Assembly: GCA_013151235.1 (NCBI GenBank)
Contig: JAADIO010000005.1
Span: 62,001-126,000 of the forward strand
Direction: 5' to 3'
Length of the DNA stretch: 64,000 bases
Origin: Deltaproteobacteria bacterium
GTDB lineage: Bacteria; CG2-30-53-67
Shown here one piece after another: positions 41,460-51,265 of the stretch (position 1 is its first letter; each line of letters begins with the position of its first letter). Under the pieces are notes generated by a model. The model was not told the DNA's origin, did not search any database, and saw nothing but the letters and a program-made list of their open reading frames with translations. Made by a program: the position numbers and the translations under genes.

Positions 41460-42149
41460 TCAGACCTCCATGGTTTCTCCGAATGTCAGGGAGCGGACCG
41501 TGATTCCCACGGACTCGGCCTCCCTCCGAAACAGGTCGGAATTCTCCGTCAGGACCGGAAAGGTCCCGTAATGCATGGGAATCACCAGCCCCGCTTTCAG
41601 AAAGCGGGCGGCATGGAGGGCATCCTCCTCTCCCATCGTATAATTTCCGCCGATCGGCAGCAGAGCCACATCGATCCGGTTCAGCTCTCCCAGGAGTTTC
41701 ATCTCCATCGAAAGCCCGGTATCCCCGGCATGATAAATCGTCTTTCCCTCCATTTCGATCAGGAACCCGCAGGGATTCCCGGTGTAGATCATCCCTTTGG
41801 AATCCGGAAAGCCCGACCCGTGAAGAGCGGACGTCAGTTTCACCAACCCGAAGGGGAAATTGAAACTCCCGCCGATATGCATCGTATGGACCTGCTCCGC
41901 ACCCTGCCGTTCACAGAAGAGCCCCAATTCAAAGGGGGCGATGATCGTCGCCCGGTTCCGGGCGGCAATCTCCACGGCATCCCCCAAGTGATCGGGGTGC
42001 CCGTGGGTGACCAGGACAAAATCGACCTTAACCGCCTCCGGAGCGATCGGCGCATTCGGATTGTCCCGCAGAAAGGGATCGACAATCAGTCGGGAGCCGC
42101 CCCCTTCAATGAGGAAACAGGAATGGGAAAGATAGGTCAATTGAATCAT
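41460..42149 (-). CDS. Metallo-beta-lactamase-fold hydrolase (UPF0173-like)
   Basis: SHSCF, THGHPDH, YHAGDT, LPIGGNYTM, IPMHYGTF. Confidence 0.9.
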   Translation of the reverse strand: MIQLTYLSHSCFLIEGGGSRLIVDPFLRDNPNAPIAPEAVKVDFVLVTHGHPDHLGDAVEIAARNRATIIAPFELGLFCERQGAEQVHTMHIGGSFNFPFGLVKLTSALHGSGFPDSKGMIYTGNPCGFLIEMEGKTIYHAGDTGLSMEMKLLGELNRIDVALLPIGGNYTMGEEDALHAARFLKAGLVIPMHYGTFPVLTENSDLFRREAESVGITVRSLTFGETMEV

Positions 42150-42164
42150 CGTCCACCTTTCGGA

Positions 42165-42653
42165 TTACGCCGTTGCCGTCAGAGTCAGAATCTGGTGAAG
42201 GGCATCCCGAGATCTCAGTTTTCCCTCCGATCGATTTTCAATCAATCCCGAAAGTTTCTGAACCATGGAAACCGTGGGTGACCAGGTGAACTCGTTCTGG
42301 AAACGCCGTTCCTTGAACCGCTTCGCCGCATCAATGACGTTTTCCTTCTCCTCACCCGGCAGAGGACGGACGGACGCCAGTTCAGCCGTCAATTGTTTTC
42401 GCTTCTCCCGAAATTTCGGATCGAGAGATCCCTGCGGTGTCAACTGACAACGTCGGAATTCGATGGCACGCACCTTCTCCGGCCTGGCTTTCCGAAAATG
42501 CAGATGGACAATCGCAATCCGGATGATCCGTCCTCCCAACTCCGGGAAGGCCTTCGAATCTTCTTCAGACAGAAACCGTTCATAAGTGTCGGCATCTACC
42601 TCGGAAAAAAGTCCTTCTTCATTCAACCGGAAAACCCATTTTCTGTTTTTCAT
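42165..42653 (-). CDS. Hypothetical protein
   Basis: 162-aa ORF with GGAGG RBS, co-oriented with downstream genes. Confidence 0.65.
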   Translation of the reverse strand: MKNRKWVFRLNEEGLFSEVDADTYERFLSEEDSKAFPELGGRIIRIAIVHLHFRKARPEKVRAIEFRRCQLTPQGSLDPKFREKRKQLTAELASVRPLPGEEKENVIDAAKRFKERRFQNEFTWSPTVSMVQKLSGLIENRSEGKLRSRDALHQILTLTATA

Positions 42654-42837
42654 TCATTCCTCCCGCCGCATAATCGCCATTATACCTTTTTCAGCAATAA
42701 GATCAAGTCAGCTTTTGGGTTGCCATTAATTCGGGAAATGCCTATGCTGTCAACAACGGTTTCACGGGGTCAAGAACGCTCCTGGACCGGAAAACTTGTA
42801 ACGACCGGGGAATCATTTAATGAAGAGAGGAGTTTAG

Positions 42838-44046
42838 ATGTTGCTTCCCGTCGGAGACACCCCCAACCCCAGGGGAACCCCCTACGTCAATTATCTCCTC
42901 ATCGGTATCAATATCGCCGTCTACCTTCTGGTGACCCTTCCCCTTTCAGCGGCCCGCCCGAACCCGACCGACCCGGTCCTGCTGGAATACGTCCGTGCCA
43001 TTCCCCAATACTGGAATCTCCCGGTGTCGGAACTGCTCCGCCACATCTCCTCCTATGATCTTTTCATCTTCACCCATGGTTTCAAACCGGCAGATCCCTC
43101 GGTGATGGATCTCTTCGGTTCCATGTTTCTCCATGCCGGATTTTTCCACTTGGCCGGAAACATGCTCTTTCTCTGGATCTACGGCGATAACGTGGAACAT
43201 CGCCTCGGGTCCCTCAATTATCTCTTTGTTTACCTCGCCACCGGGATGGCCGCTACCCTCTTCTTCATGCTGTTTCAACTCAGATCGACAACCCCCATGA
43301 TCGGGGCCTCCGGCGCCATCTCGGGGGTGCTGGGTCTCTACTTCCTCTGGTTCCCGAGAAATAAGGTCCGCGTCTTCGCCCTCCTCTTTCCCTTTTTCAT
43401 GGATATCATCCTCCTCCCCGCCCGGTGGGTACTGGGCTTTTTTCTCATCATTGACAACCTCCTCCCCTTTCTTTTTGCCTCCGGCGGGGGCAGCGGGGTC
43501 GCACACGGCGCCCACATCGGCGGTTTCCTGGCCGGTCTCGGAATCGCCTATACACTGGACCGATTCCCGGACATTCTGCGCCGTTCGAAACGGCGGTCCG
43601 GGCGTGCCCCGGCAGCGGAGCGCCCGGACCCCGGTGGTGAAGAAGAACTCTCACCGGAAGAACGGATCCATACAGCCCTCCTGCAGAATGACCGGAAAGG
43701 TGCGGCTTCCCTTTACCTGTCAATTCGGAACCGTGTCCAGCACAAAGAGATCGATCCTGCCGATCGTCTGGAGATCGGCCGTTACCTCTTGCGTGAAGGG
43801 AACTATCCGGCAGCCCTCTCCGTGTTCCGACAGTATATCTCGGACTTCCAGAACGGCCCGGACCTGGATCAGGCCTGCCTCGGCGCCGGGATTGCTCTCT
43901 ACCAAGCAGAGGGACAAATGACGGCATCTTACCAGTATTTCCTGATGGTTCTCGACGTCACGACCTCCCCGGCCATCGAAGCTGAGGCACGGCGTTACTT
44001 GCAGACCATCGAGACCATGCAGAAGACACGAATCAAAAAGGAATAA
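42838..44046 (+). CDS. Rhomboid intramembrane serine protease with C-terminal TPR-like domain
   Basis: HLAGNMLFLW, GDNVE, GASGAISG, AHIGGF. Confidence 0.92.
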   Translation: MLLPVGDTPNPRGTPYVNYLLIGINIAVYLLVTLPLSAARPNPTDPVLLEYVRAIPQYWNLPVSELLRHISSYDLFIFTHGFKPADPSVMDLFGSMFLHAGFFHLAGNMLFLWIYGDNVEHRLGSLNYLFVYLATGMAATLFFMLFQLRSTTPMIGASGAISGVLGLYFLWFPRNKVRVFALLFPFFMDIILLPARWVLGFFLIIDNLLPFLFASGGGSGVAHGAHIGGFLAGLGIAYTLDRFPDILRRSKRRSGRAPAAERPDPGGEEELSPEERIHTALLQNDRKGAASLYLSIRNRVQHKEIDPADRLEIGRYLLREGNYPAALSVFRQYISDFQNGPDLDQACLGAGIALYQAEGQMTASYQYFLMVLDVTTSPAIEAEARRYLQTIETMQKTRIKKE

Positions 44047-44078
44047 GGCTCCTGCGGAAAAATTGCAGGAGCCTTATT
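44042..44078. terminator. Bidirectional terminator
   Basis: 14-bp inverted repeat AATAAGGCTCCTGC/GCAGGAGCCTTATT. Confidence 0.75.
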
Positions 44079-44079
44079 T

Positions 44080-44298
44080 TTACTGGTTGCCGAAATTCCG
44101 GATCGCCCCGCAATCCGGACAGGTCCAAGTGATCTGGTTGCAGCTCATCCCCCAGAGGTTCTCCCGCATACAGTCAGGACACATGGCAAAACCGCACGCG
44201 CAGTTCCAGCAGAAGGCAAAAGTCCGCCGGCAGGCGACACATGTATATTCCTGCTTGCCCCTTCTCCGTCGTTGTCTTTTTCGTTTTACATCCGTCAT
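44080..44298 (-). CDS. Small Cys-rich (10 Cys) basic protein, probable zinc binder
   Basis: CVAC, CWNCAC and two CPDC motifs; Arg/Lys-rich N-terminus. Confidence 0.65.
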   Translation of the reverse strand: MTDVKRKRQRRRRGKQEYTCVACRRTFAFCWNCACGFAMCPDCMRENLWGMSCNQITWTCPDCGAIRNFGNQ

Positions 44299-44475
44299 GA
44301 CGGCTTTGTTCCCTCGATTCCTTCCTTAACGATAGCAAAACCTCACTTCATGTCAAGCAATTCGCCAAACCCCTGAAGCGGTCGGAACAATAGCGGACTT
44401 TCAAAAAGCATGCTATAGTTGAGTCGTTGATCCGTGATCAGCTGAGGGGGGGAGATTTGTGGAAGGTCAAAAATC

Positions 44476-44709
44476 ATGATTATCGACGGAAGAGGAATGG
44501 ACGATTCCATTCCCTATGGGAAGCTCGAGTCCCTTCTGACGAAGGAGGGGTGCATATTGGAGGATGAGATTGGGGTCCGCGTAGACCGGAAGAAGTCCGC
44601 GGAACGAATCAGAATCCTGGCCACACTGATCGGTTATGAAACCGTTCTGGAGGAAGAGGAAAAAGGTTGGCTCCTGAAAGTCGACACTCGCAAACGGCGG
44701 TGTCCGTAA
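44476..44709 (+). CDS. Small TusA/SirA-like protein (divergent)
   Basis: IDGRGM start and overall length resemble TusA; CPxP absent; ends in RRCP. Confidence 0.5.
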   Translation: MIIDGRGMDDSIPYGKLESLLTKEGCILEDEIGVRVDRKKSAERIRILATLIGYETVLEEEEKGWLLKVDTRKRRCP

Positions 44710-44748
44710 AGAGCGGATTCGGAATTTACTCAACGAGGGGAGGGTGGA

Positions 44749-45039
44749 ATGGAAAAACGGCAAGGCACACGAAGAAAGTCCTGTTTCAGAATGCAATATC
44801 TTCCACTTGATGCGGAAGGCAACTTCCGGCCAAAGGATGCCACGATAGTCGATCTCAGCATCGGCGGTGTCCGTTGCGAATCAGCGGAAAAGCTCCACGT
44901 CGGCACTCGGCTCGAACTGCACTTCCCCGATGCCCCAGCGGAAAACCGGAAGTCTCTAAAGGACGTCGGCATCGTCGTCTGGTGCATCCAGCCAACCCCA
45001 CAAGACCCGCTCTACCGGATGGGAATCAAATACCTTTAA
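44749..45039 (+). CDS. Stand-alone PilZ-domain protein
   Basis: RQGTR (RxxxR) and DLSIGG (DxSxxG) motifs. Confidence 0.85.
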   Translation: MEKRQGTRRKSCFRMQYLPLDAEGNFRPKDATIVDLSIGGVRCESAEKLHVGTRLELHFPDAPAENRKSLKDVGIVVWCIQPTPQDPLYRMGIKYL

Positions 45040-45061
45040 AAACCCTGAATCGCGCAAATGG

Positions 45062-45500
45062 CTAAAAGGAGTGTACTTCCAGGTTTCCACAACTCCGATC
45101 CCTCGCAAAAATACAGGGAAGAACCTCTCCCTGCACGGTGATCGCAATCTTGCCTTTCCAGCAGGTTCGAAGCACCGCAGTCGTCTGAAACAGATGCCAA
45201 GGAGTTACAGGCGCCATTTTCCGCATCCACTTCTCCATTCCGTCCAGGCTGTTTTGGTTTCTGCACATGAGAACCCCCGCAATACGGAATGAAACTCCTG
45301 TGCGATTCAACTTTTCAAGAGATGATTCCGTGACCCGAAAACTCCCCGGAACCCTGGTGATGGAATCGTAGATCTCCGCCCAGTCGGAATCAACCAACAC
45401 GGCAAGGTGAACACGGTTTTCCTGAAAGCACCGAATCTGATCTTTCCCGGCTAATGCCGCATTGGTGAAGACCTCGAGAAATTCATACCCGATCTCTCTT
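45062..45500 (-). pseudogene. Radical SAM/SPASM-domain remnant
   Basis: EVFTNA, YDSITRVPGSF, CWKGKIAITVQGEVLPCIFARD..GNL; no CxxxCxxC seen; SPASM truncated; upstream boundary approximate. Confidence 0.6.
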
Positions 45501-45670
45501 GCCTCCTGAATGAACCCGAAACGTAAGTGGAGATAAACACAATATATATGATTCCGGCAAGGAATGTATTCCGAATAGAATATATCCCCCCCATCGTACA
45601 ATAGTCCTTGGAATTCATCCCGATATGTGATAAAAAAGCAATAGACAAGGTTCATTTTACGGAGTTTCCG

Positions 45671-46324
45671 ATGCCGTTGCGCCCGCTGGAAAAACAGTTC
45701 GAGCTGAAAAAAGTTGAGGAGATCCGAAAACTGGCGGAAGAGTTCCATCAGCTCCGTGAACGGATGAAAGGAGAATCAGCCGGATACATGATTTCCGGGA
45801 TTCACCGCTGTCTGGAAACGGGCATCCTCTTGGGGGCATTGAGTATCTCCCTCTCCCTCCTCGACATGTTTGTTCACGACATGGTCATCCTCTATGAGAA
45901 AGAGAAGGACCGGGACGGAAACCACAGCAAGGACGCATTGCCCCCCCTCAAGACCGGTCATCCAAGACTCCCCTTTGAAGAGGAGATCGCCGGATTTATG
46001 GAGAACCGATGGATCGACCCGCAGGACGGCCGGACCCTTCTGAAGATGTACAGGAAAATCGGGATCCCCCTTCATCACGTGCTGTCACGACGCATCGGCC
46101 CATTTTCCAAGATGATGATTATGGGGGAAGATCGTCTTCTCGATCGTTTTCTGACGCGCAGCTTCGGAGATATCCACCACATCGAGGAGATGATCGAAGA
46201 CAATGCGACGGAATGTATGAAAGTGATCGTCTCTTTCCTGAGAAAATATCATATCCAGGAACCGGTCATGAGCCTGCAGGAGTCCGGAAACCTGCACGAC
46301 GATCTCCGGGAACTCGATTCTTAG
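45671..46324 (+). CDS. Hypothetical protein
   Basis: 217-aa ORF, GGAG RBS; stop lies in the flank of MITE family C. Confidence 0.7.
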   Translation: MPLRPLEKQFELKKVEEIRKLAEEFHQLRERMKGESAGYMISGIHRCLETGILLGALSISLSLLDMFVHDMVILYEKEKDRDGNHSKDALPPLKTGHPRLPFEEEIAGFMENRWIDPQDGRTLLKMYRKIGIPLHHVLSRRIGPFSKMMIMGEDRLLDRFLTRSFGDIHHIEEMIEDNATECMKVIVSFLRKYHIQEPVMSLQESGNLHDDLRELDS

Positions 46325-46485
46325 TGGTCCTGTTCGTAAATACTGTGACGCACCGAGAGGGTTGCAGGGCGGTCTCATCAAGGCGCGCGATTGAGGCGTA
46401 CCCCTTGTGGTACGGCGCAGGGAGCGCAACGCAGAGGAGGCCGCTCTGCGGCACTCAAATGCCACCGTATTTACGAACAGGACCA
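46325..46485. mobile_element. MITE family C
   Basis: Perfect 19-bp TIR TGGTCCTGTTCGTAAATAC; CTTAG direct repeat on both flanks (46320-46324, 46486-46490). Confidence 0.8.
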
Positions 46486-46529
46486 CTTAGGCTGCCCCAT
46501 CCGTACCTATCCGGTGCGCCATCACATAC

Positions 46530-47276
46530 CTATAATTCCAGACGTTTCACCGCCTTGCCCCCCAGGAAGAAAAGAATCCCTGCATAGAGGAGTAATATGA
46601 GAAGAGAGATCCGGGGGACTCCGTTTCCGGCGACAATGCTTCGAAGGGAAAGCGCCGCATGGGTCAGGGGATAGATCATGACGAGGCTGGAAAAGGGTTC
46701 GGGCAAGCGGTCGGGAGGGAAAAAGGTCCCCGAAAGAAAGGCCATGGGAAGGATCACGAAATTGGTAAAGTTGGTCATATCCTCGTGGGAGCGGGCCAGC
46801 ATGGCCGCCAGGACCCCGAGGGACGCGAAGACAAAACAGGTCAAAAACAGGATCAGGAAAAAGGTGGGCGTGTAGACAATCTTTACATGAAGATAGAGAC
46901 TGATGCCGATGAGCAACCCTGCGGAAAAAAGCCCCTTGAAACATCCCGCCAGCGCACGACCGAAGGCAATCGACCAAGGACCTACCGGAGAGACAAGGAT
47001 CTCCTCGATGGTCCGGTAGTAAAGTTTGCTGATATTGAGCGTGATGGCCACACCGGAGAAGCTGTTGTTCATCGCGGAAAGTGCAATGATTCCCGGAAGG
47101 ACAAAGATGAGGTAATCGAGGCCCTGGACATGCATTCCCCGCCCCAGTCCCCACCCGAAGGTCACCAGATAGAGCGCCGGCATGACCAGACTTCCGGCGA
47201 AAAATTTTATGAATTTTTTCCGGATGGAGAGCATCTCCCGCCAGAAGATCGTATAGAATCCGGGCACGCGGATCAT
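46530..47276 (-). CDS. ABC-2 type transporter permease
   Basis: Multiple TM helices; FVLPGIIAL, EEILVSP, FLSGTFFP. Confidence 0.9.
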   Translation of the reverse strand: MIRVPGFYTIFWREMLSIRKKFIKFFAGSLVMPALYLVTFGWGLGRGMHVQGLDYLIFVLPGIIALSAMNNSFSGVAITLNISKLYYRTIEEILVSPVGPWSIAFGRALAGCFKGLFSAGLLIGISLYLHVKIVYTPTFFLILFLTCFVFASLGVLAAMLARSHEDMTNFTNFVILPMAFLSGTFFPPDRLPEPFSSLVMIYPLTHAALSLRSIVAGNGVPRISLLILLLYAGILFFLGGKAVKRLEL

Positions 47277-47353
47277 CCCATCCTCCTGCCCGCAGAGAAC
47301 TCCAAAAATGATCCCGACGGATTGCTCCTCCAGAAAAATACAGCGCAACATTT

Positions 47354-47485
47354 GATGGTGTCGTAAAAAGTCACGAAGCCCTTCGACAAGCCCAGGACGA
47401 ACGGTGTAAGTGATTGATATTCCGTTCGTGGTGAGCTTGTCGAACCATGAACGAAATCCGGAAAACGACTTTTTACGACTTCATC
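47354..47485. mobile_element. MITE/REP-like family A, copy 2, inside the ABC operon
   Basis: Same TIRs as 40862-41061, shorter interior. Confidence 0.8.
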
Positions 47486-47489
47486 ACAT

Positions 47490-48329
47490 TTAGTCAAGAA
47501 TCTTTTCCCCCGTAAGGTTTAAAAAAACATCTTCCAGATTGGTATGGCGGATCGTGACATCGATCCGCAACCGACCGGCATAGGCGACGGCCTCCTCCCG
47601 GGTCCGGCAGAAATGGATTTCGCAGCCGTTTTTATTGTTGCATTCCACGACATAGGCCCCGACCTTCTCCTTCAGCCGGCCCGGAGAATCGAGGGCGATC
47701 ATCTTTCCTTTCCGCAGGATCCCGACCCGTTCACAGAGGGCTTCGGCCTCTTCAATGTAGTGCGTGGTGAGAAGGACGGTGATCCCCCGGCTCTTCAGCT
47801 CCTCGATGAGCCCCCAGATCTTCCGCCGGATCTGCGGATCGAGTCCAACCGTCGGCTCATCCAGAAAGAGAACACGGGGATCATGCATCAAGGCCCGTGC
47901 AATCAGGAGGCGCCGCTTCATCCCGCCGGAGAAGTGATCGACCTGTACTTTCGCTTTTGCCTCCAGATCGGAAAAATTCAACAACTCGGAGATCCGCCGC
48001 CGCCGTTCACGGCGTGGCATTTGATGAAGTCTCCCGTGGTATTCAAGATTCTCTTCCGCCGTCAATTCAATCTCCAGGTTCAACCCCTGCGGGGCCACTC
48101 CGATCAACCGCTTCACCCCGATCGGCTCTTGTGCGACGTCAAGGCCATCGATCACGGCCCGGCCTTCGGTAATCTTCGCAAGGGTCGTCAACATTCGAAT
48201 CGTTGTCGTTTTCCCGGCTCCGTTCGGCCCGAGAAGACCGAAGATTTCCCCTTTCGGAACGGAGAGGTTCAGCCGGTCTACGGCAGTCAGACGTCCAAAA
48301 CATTTCGTGAGATTCTCAGTCCGGATCAT
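47490..48329 (-). CDS. ABC transporter ATP-binding protein (DrrA/NodI-like)
   Basis: GPNGAGKTT, FSGGMKRR, LDEPT, TTHY. Confidence 0.93.
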   Translation of the reverse strand: MIRTENLTKCFGRLTAVDRLNLSVPKGEIFGLLGPNGAGKTTTIRMLTTLAKITEGRAVIDGLDVAQEPIGVKRLIGVAPQGLNLEIELTAEENLEYHGRLHQMPRRERRRRISELLNFSDLEAKAKVQVDHFSGGMKRRLLIARALMHDPRVLFLDEPTVGLDPQIRRKIWGLIEELKSRGITVLLTTHYIEEAEALCERVGILRKGKMIALDSPGRLKEKVGAYVVECNNKNGCEIHFCRTREEAVAYAGRLRIDVTIRHTNLEDVFLNLTGEKILD

Positions 48330-48369
48330 TGAACAATTCAGGGTTGGTGAATGGCAGAAAAGTCATGAG

Positions 48370-48442
48370 ATGATAACAACCGGCGGAAAAGGTGTCAAGA
48401 AAAACGACTGCAATTGCCCCGAACAGGGGGATATGCTATATT
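48370..48442. promoter_or_regulatory. Divergent sigma-70-type promoters
   Basis: Minus strand TTGACA-17-TATCAT; plus strand TTGCCC-17-TATATT with extended TG. Confidence 0.5.
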
Positions 48443-48586
48443 GAGGACACAAGAGAGGGAAGAATGAAGGCGGTATCGGTAAACTTCCGGCCACGAAGAA
48501 CACGAATAGACACCAATCATGTAATATTCCGGTTCGTGCATTATTTGTAAGATTCGCGGCAAAAGAGTTCCAAAGAAAGGAAACAG

Positions 48587-49183
48587 ATGAAATACAATGA
48601 AACCTTGCAGAAAGTAATAGAATTTCACGGCCATATCTGTCCCGGTCTTGCGTACGGGTATCGAACCGCCGCTGCAGCCCTTGCACACTTGGGGAAGCGG
48701 GCCGTGGACGAAGAGATCGTCGCCGTGGTGGAGAACAATTCCTGTGCTGTAGATGCTATACAGGTGATGACGGGCTGTACCTTTGGCAAAGGGAACCTGA
48801 TCTTTAACGACTACGGCAAACAGGTCTATACCTTCTTCAGCCGGGCCACCGGGGAAGGGTTCCGGGTTTCCGTTCATTTCGAGCGGCAGGAGTCTCCGGA
48901 AGAGAAAAAGGTATGGGAACAATCCCGCCGTGAAGAAAAAAACCCCGAAACGGACGAAACAGTCCGGGACATAAAAACCCGAAAAGTAGAGGCCATTCTG
49001 TCGGCCGATGAAGCGGACGTCCTGACGGTACAGGCCGTCACGCTCCCACTCCCGCCCCGGGCACAAATCTATCCGACTCTTCGATGCGACAAGTGCGGAG
49101 AGAAAACCATGGAACCCCGGATCATGGAAAAAGGGGGAATGCATCTCTGCATCCCCTGCGCTGAGGCGGAAAAGAAGAAATAG
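48587..49183 (+). CDS. FmdE/FwdE-family protein with zinc finger
   Basis: FHGHICPG, ENNSCAVDAIQ, GCTFGKGNL, CDKC...CIPC. Confidence 0.92.
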   Translation: MKYNETLQKVIEFHGHICPGLAYGYRTAAAALAHLGKRAVDEEIVAVVENNSCAVDAIQVMTGCTFGKGNLIFNDYGKQVYTFFSRATGEGFRVSVHFERQESPEEKKVWEQSRREEKNPETDETVRDIKTRKVEAILSADEADVLTVQAVTLPLPPRAQIYPTLRCDKCGEKTMEPRIMEKGGMHLCIPCAEAEKKK

Positions 49184-49287
49184 AGCCTTCCCCTGCGGGA
49201 TGAGTTGAAAAAATCGGAAAGTGCGTTATAGTTCCATACAGGGCAACATAACCTTGAACCCCGACCGAGATTGCAAGGAGGTGTCCC

Positions 49288-49689
49288 ATGTTGGAACGCA
49301 TCAAGCAAAGTCTGGATGAGGCCTATCAAGGGATCCGGAAAAGAACGTCCAAGATTACCTTGCGGGCGGAAGAGAAGGCCAAGCTCACCCGAATCAGCAT
49401 GCAGGTGAAATCTCTGCAAAAAGAGTTGGACGGGATCTTAAGACGGCTCGGAAACCGCATCTACAATTTCCGGGAGGAACGGCGGGAAGGCGATCTCCTC
49501 CAGGACGCCATCATCCAGGAGATTCTCAAGGAGGCTGACCGGGTCCACGGTGACATGCTGCAATGCCGGATGGAAATGGACAAAATTCGTGAGGATTTTG
49601 AATCCAGAATCCAGGCCGTCACGCCCATCAAAACGAAGGAAGGGGAAGCAAAAGAGGCGGAAAAGACCGTCGAGGCCGGACGGAAATAA
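49288..49689 (+). CDS. Coiled-coil hypothetical protein
   Basis: AGGAGG RBS; helical, charged sequence. Confidence 0.7.
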   Translation: MLERIKQSLDEAYQGIRKRTSKITLRAEEKAKLTRISMQVKSLQKELDGILRRLGNRIYNFREERREGDLLQDAIIQEILKEADRVHGDMLQCRMEMDKIREDFESRIQAVTPIKTKEGEAKEAEKTVEAGRK

Positions 49690-49831
49690 CTCCTCTCCCG
49701 GACGACAGGGGAAAGAGCTGCATCCGTAGCGGAAGGGCTCTCAGAATCCTGCCCGCAAATGCTGTGGTGGCACACCGATGGATGCAGAGGACAGGACTGG
49801 ATACTCCGGTAAATTCTGAAAGGCGGACCTC

Positions 49832-50218
49832 ATGCATCGTTACAGGGACGGGGGAGTGTTGTTTTTGCGTCTCGGTTTGGGGATCGCCTTTCTCTTTCAC
49901 GGCATCCCGAAAATCACCGGAGGGCCGGAGAAGTGGGCCGAACTGGGCAGCGCCATGGGATCAATGGGGATCACTCTCTATCCCGTTCTCTGGGGCTTCT
50001 TAGCTGCCCTTTCCGAAACCGTGGGGGGAATGCTTCTCATTCTGGGTCTCTACTTCCGGACGGCCTGCCTCTTCCTGGCCATGACCATGGCCGTGGCCCT
50101 GCAGATGCATATCCGAAAAGGGGATCCCTTTGCCGTCTACTCCCATGCACTGGAAGATGGAATTGTTTTTCTGGCCCTGTTGTTGATCGGACCGGGGAAA
50201 TATGTTCTGAAGAAATGA
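49832..50218 (+). CDS. DoxX family membrane protein
   Basis: LRLGLG...HGIPKI...ETVGG...GPGKY. Confidence 0.88.
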   Translation: MHRYRDGGVLFLRLGLGIAFLFHGIPKITGGPEKWAELGSAMGSMGITLYPVLWGFLAALSETVGGMLLILGLYFRTACLFLAMTMAVALQMHIRKGDPFAVYSHALEDGIVFLALLLIGPGKYVLKK

Positions 50219-50245
50219 CTCCAGGCCCCGCCATGCAGGGTGAAC

Positions 50246-51151
50246 TCATTGCATAAGATAGAAGATCCCGTTAAAGGCTTCTCCCTTGACCAGCTGAAAA
50301 ACCTTTCGTAACGTCCCTTTGGCCACATAGTCCAGCCAGGAGGGACCGGCCTTTCTTTCATAAATTAACCGCGGCTTCCCCCGGATACCGGACATCCCGG
50401 CCAGAAGATCGACCGCATCCTGGAAGGACCCGAGCTTGTCAACAAGCCCAAGGCCCAGGGCCTGCCGGCCGGAGAAGATACTGCCGTCGGCAATTTTTTT
50501 CACCTTTGCAACATCCATCTTGCGACCGCTGGCTACATCCTCGACAAACTGCATATAAATATCATTGATCACACCCTGGATTAACCGATGCTCCCGTTCG
50601 GTCATCGGGCGTGTCATATTACCGATATCCTTGAATTCCCCGCTTTTAATCACATAACTGTCGATCCCGATCTTGTCGAGGAGTTCCCGGATGTTCGTCA
50701 TCTCCATGATCACACCGATACTGCCGGTCAGACTGCCCGGGTTCGCAACAATCCGATCCGCAGCGGATGCCACATAGTAGGCCCCCGAAGCCGCCACATT
50801 CCCGAAGGAGGCAACAACCTTCTTTTTGCCTTCCTTGTGGATCTTCCGAATCTCGTCATAGATCTCCTGGGACGGCGCCACAGCGCCGCCGGGGCTGTCA
50901 ATCCGGAGGAGGATCCCCTTCACGTTCCGGTCATCCACGTAACGATTCAGCGTTTTCAGGATATGTTCGGAGTTCAGGATCACCCCTTTGATTTCCACAA
51001 CACCGATCTTGTCCCCCCCCAGGGAGACGGAGCTTTCCCGATCACGGCCGAAGAATGAAGTCAGCAGATATACCGACAGAAAGGCAAAGAGAGCGAGACC
51101 GGTGAGAAATACGATAAACCTTGCAGGAGAGGAAGTTCGCAAATCAGGCAT
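50246..51151 (-). CDS. sppA: Signal peptide peptidase SppA
   Basis: RIDSPGG, AASGAYY, GSIGV, KSGEFKD. Confidence 0.94.
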   Translation of the reverse strand: MPDLRTSSPARFIVFLTGLALFAFLSVYLLTSFFGRDRESSVSLGGDKIGVVEIKGVILNSEHILKTLNRYVDDRNVKGILLRIDSPGGAVAPSQEIYDEIRKIHKEGKKKVVASFGNVAASGAYYVASAADRIVANPGSLTGSIGVIMEMTNIRELLDKIGIDSYVIKSGEFKDIGNMTRPMTEREHRLIQGVINDIYMQFVEDVASGRKMDVAKVKKIADGSIFSGRQALGLGLVDKLGSFQDAVDLLAGMSGIRGKPRLIYERKAGPSWLDYVAKGTLRKVFQLVKGEAFNGIFYLMQ

Positions 51152-51265
51152 CGTTGCACCTCCTTTCAAAGAGACGCAATCGCTTCAGAATATTCCCAAC
51201 AGAGGATGGGGGAGATGCTCAGGGAGCCGGGGGTGGATCCCTGAGCCACGGTTCTTGATTCCATA

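Noticed and set aside
49718-49790. Possible structured RNA (CTGCATCCGT...ATGGATGCAG) upstream of the DoxX gene
   Set aside because: Only a single stem with no recognisable riboswitch consensus; it would need an Rfam/covariation search.
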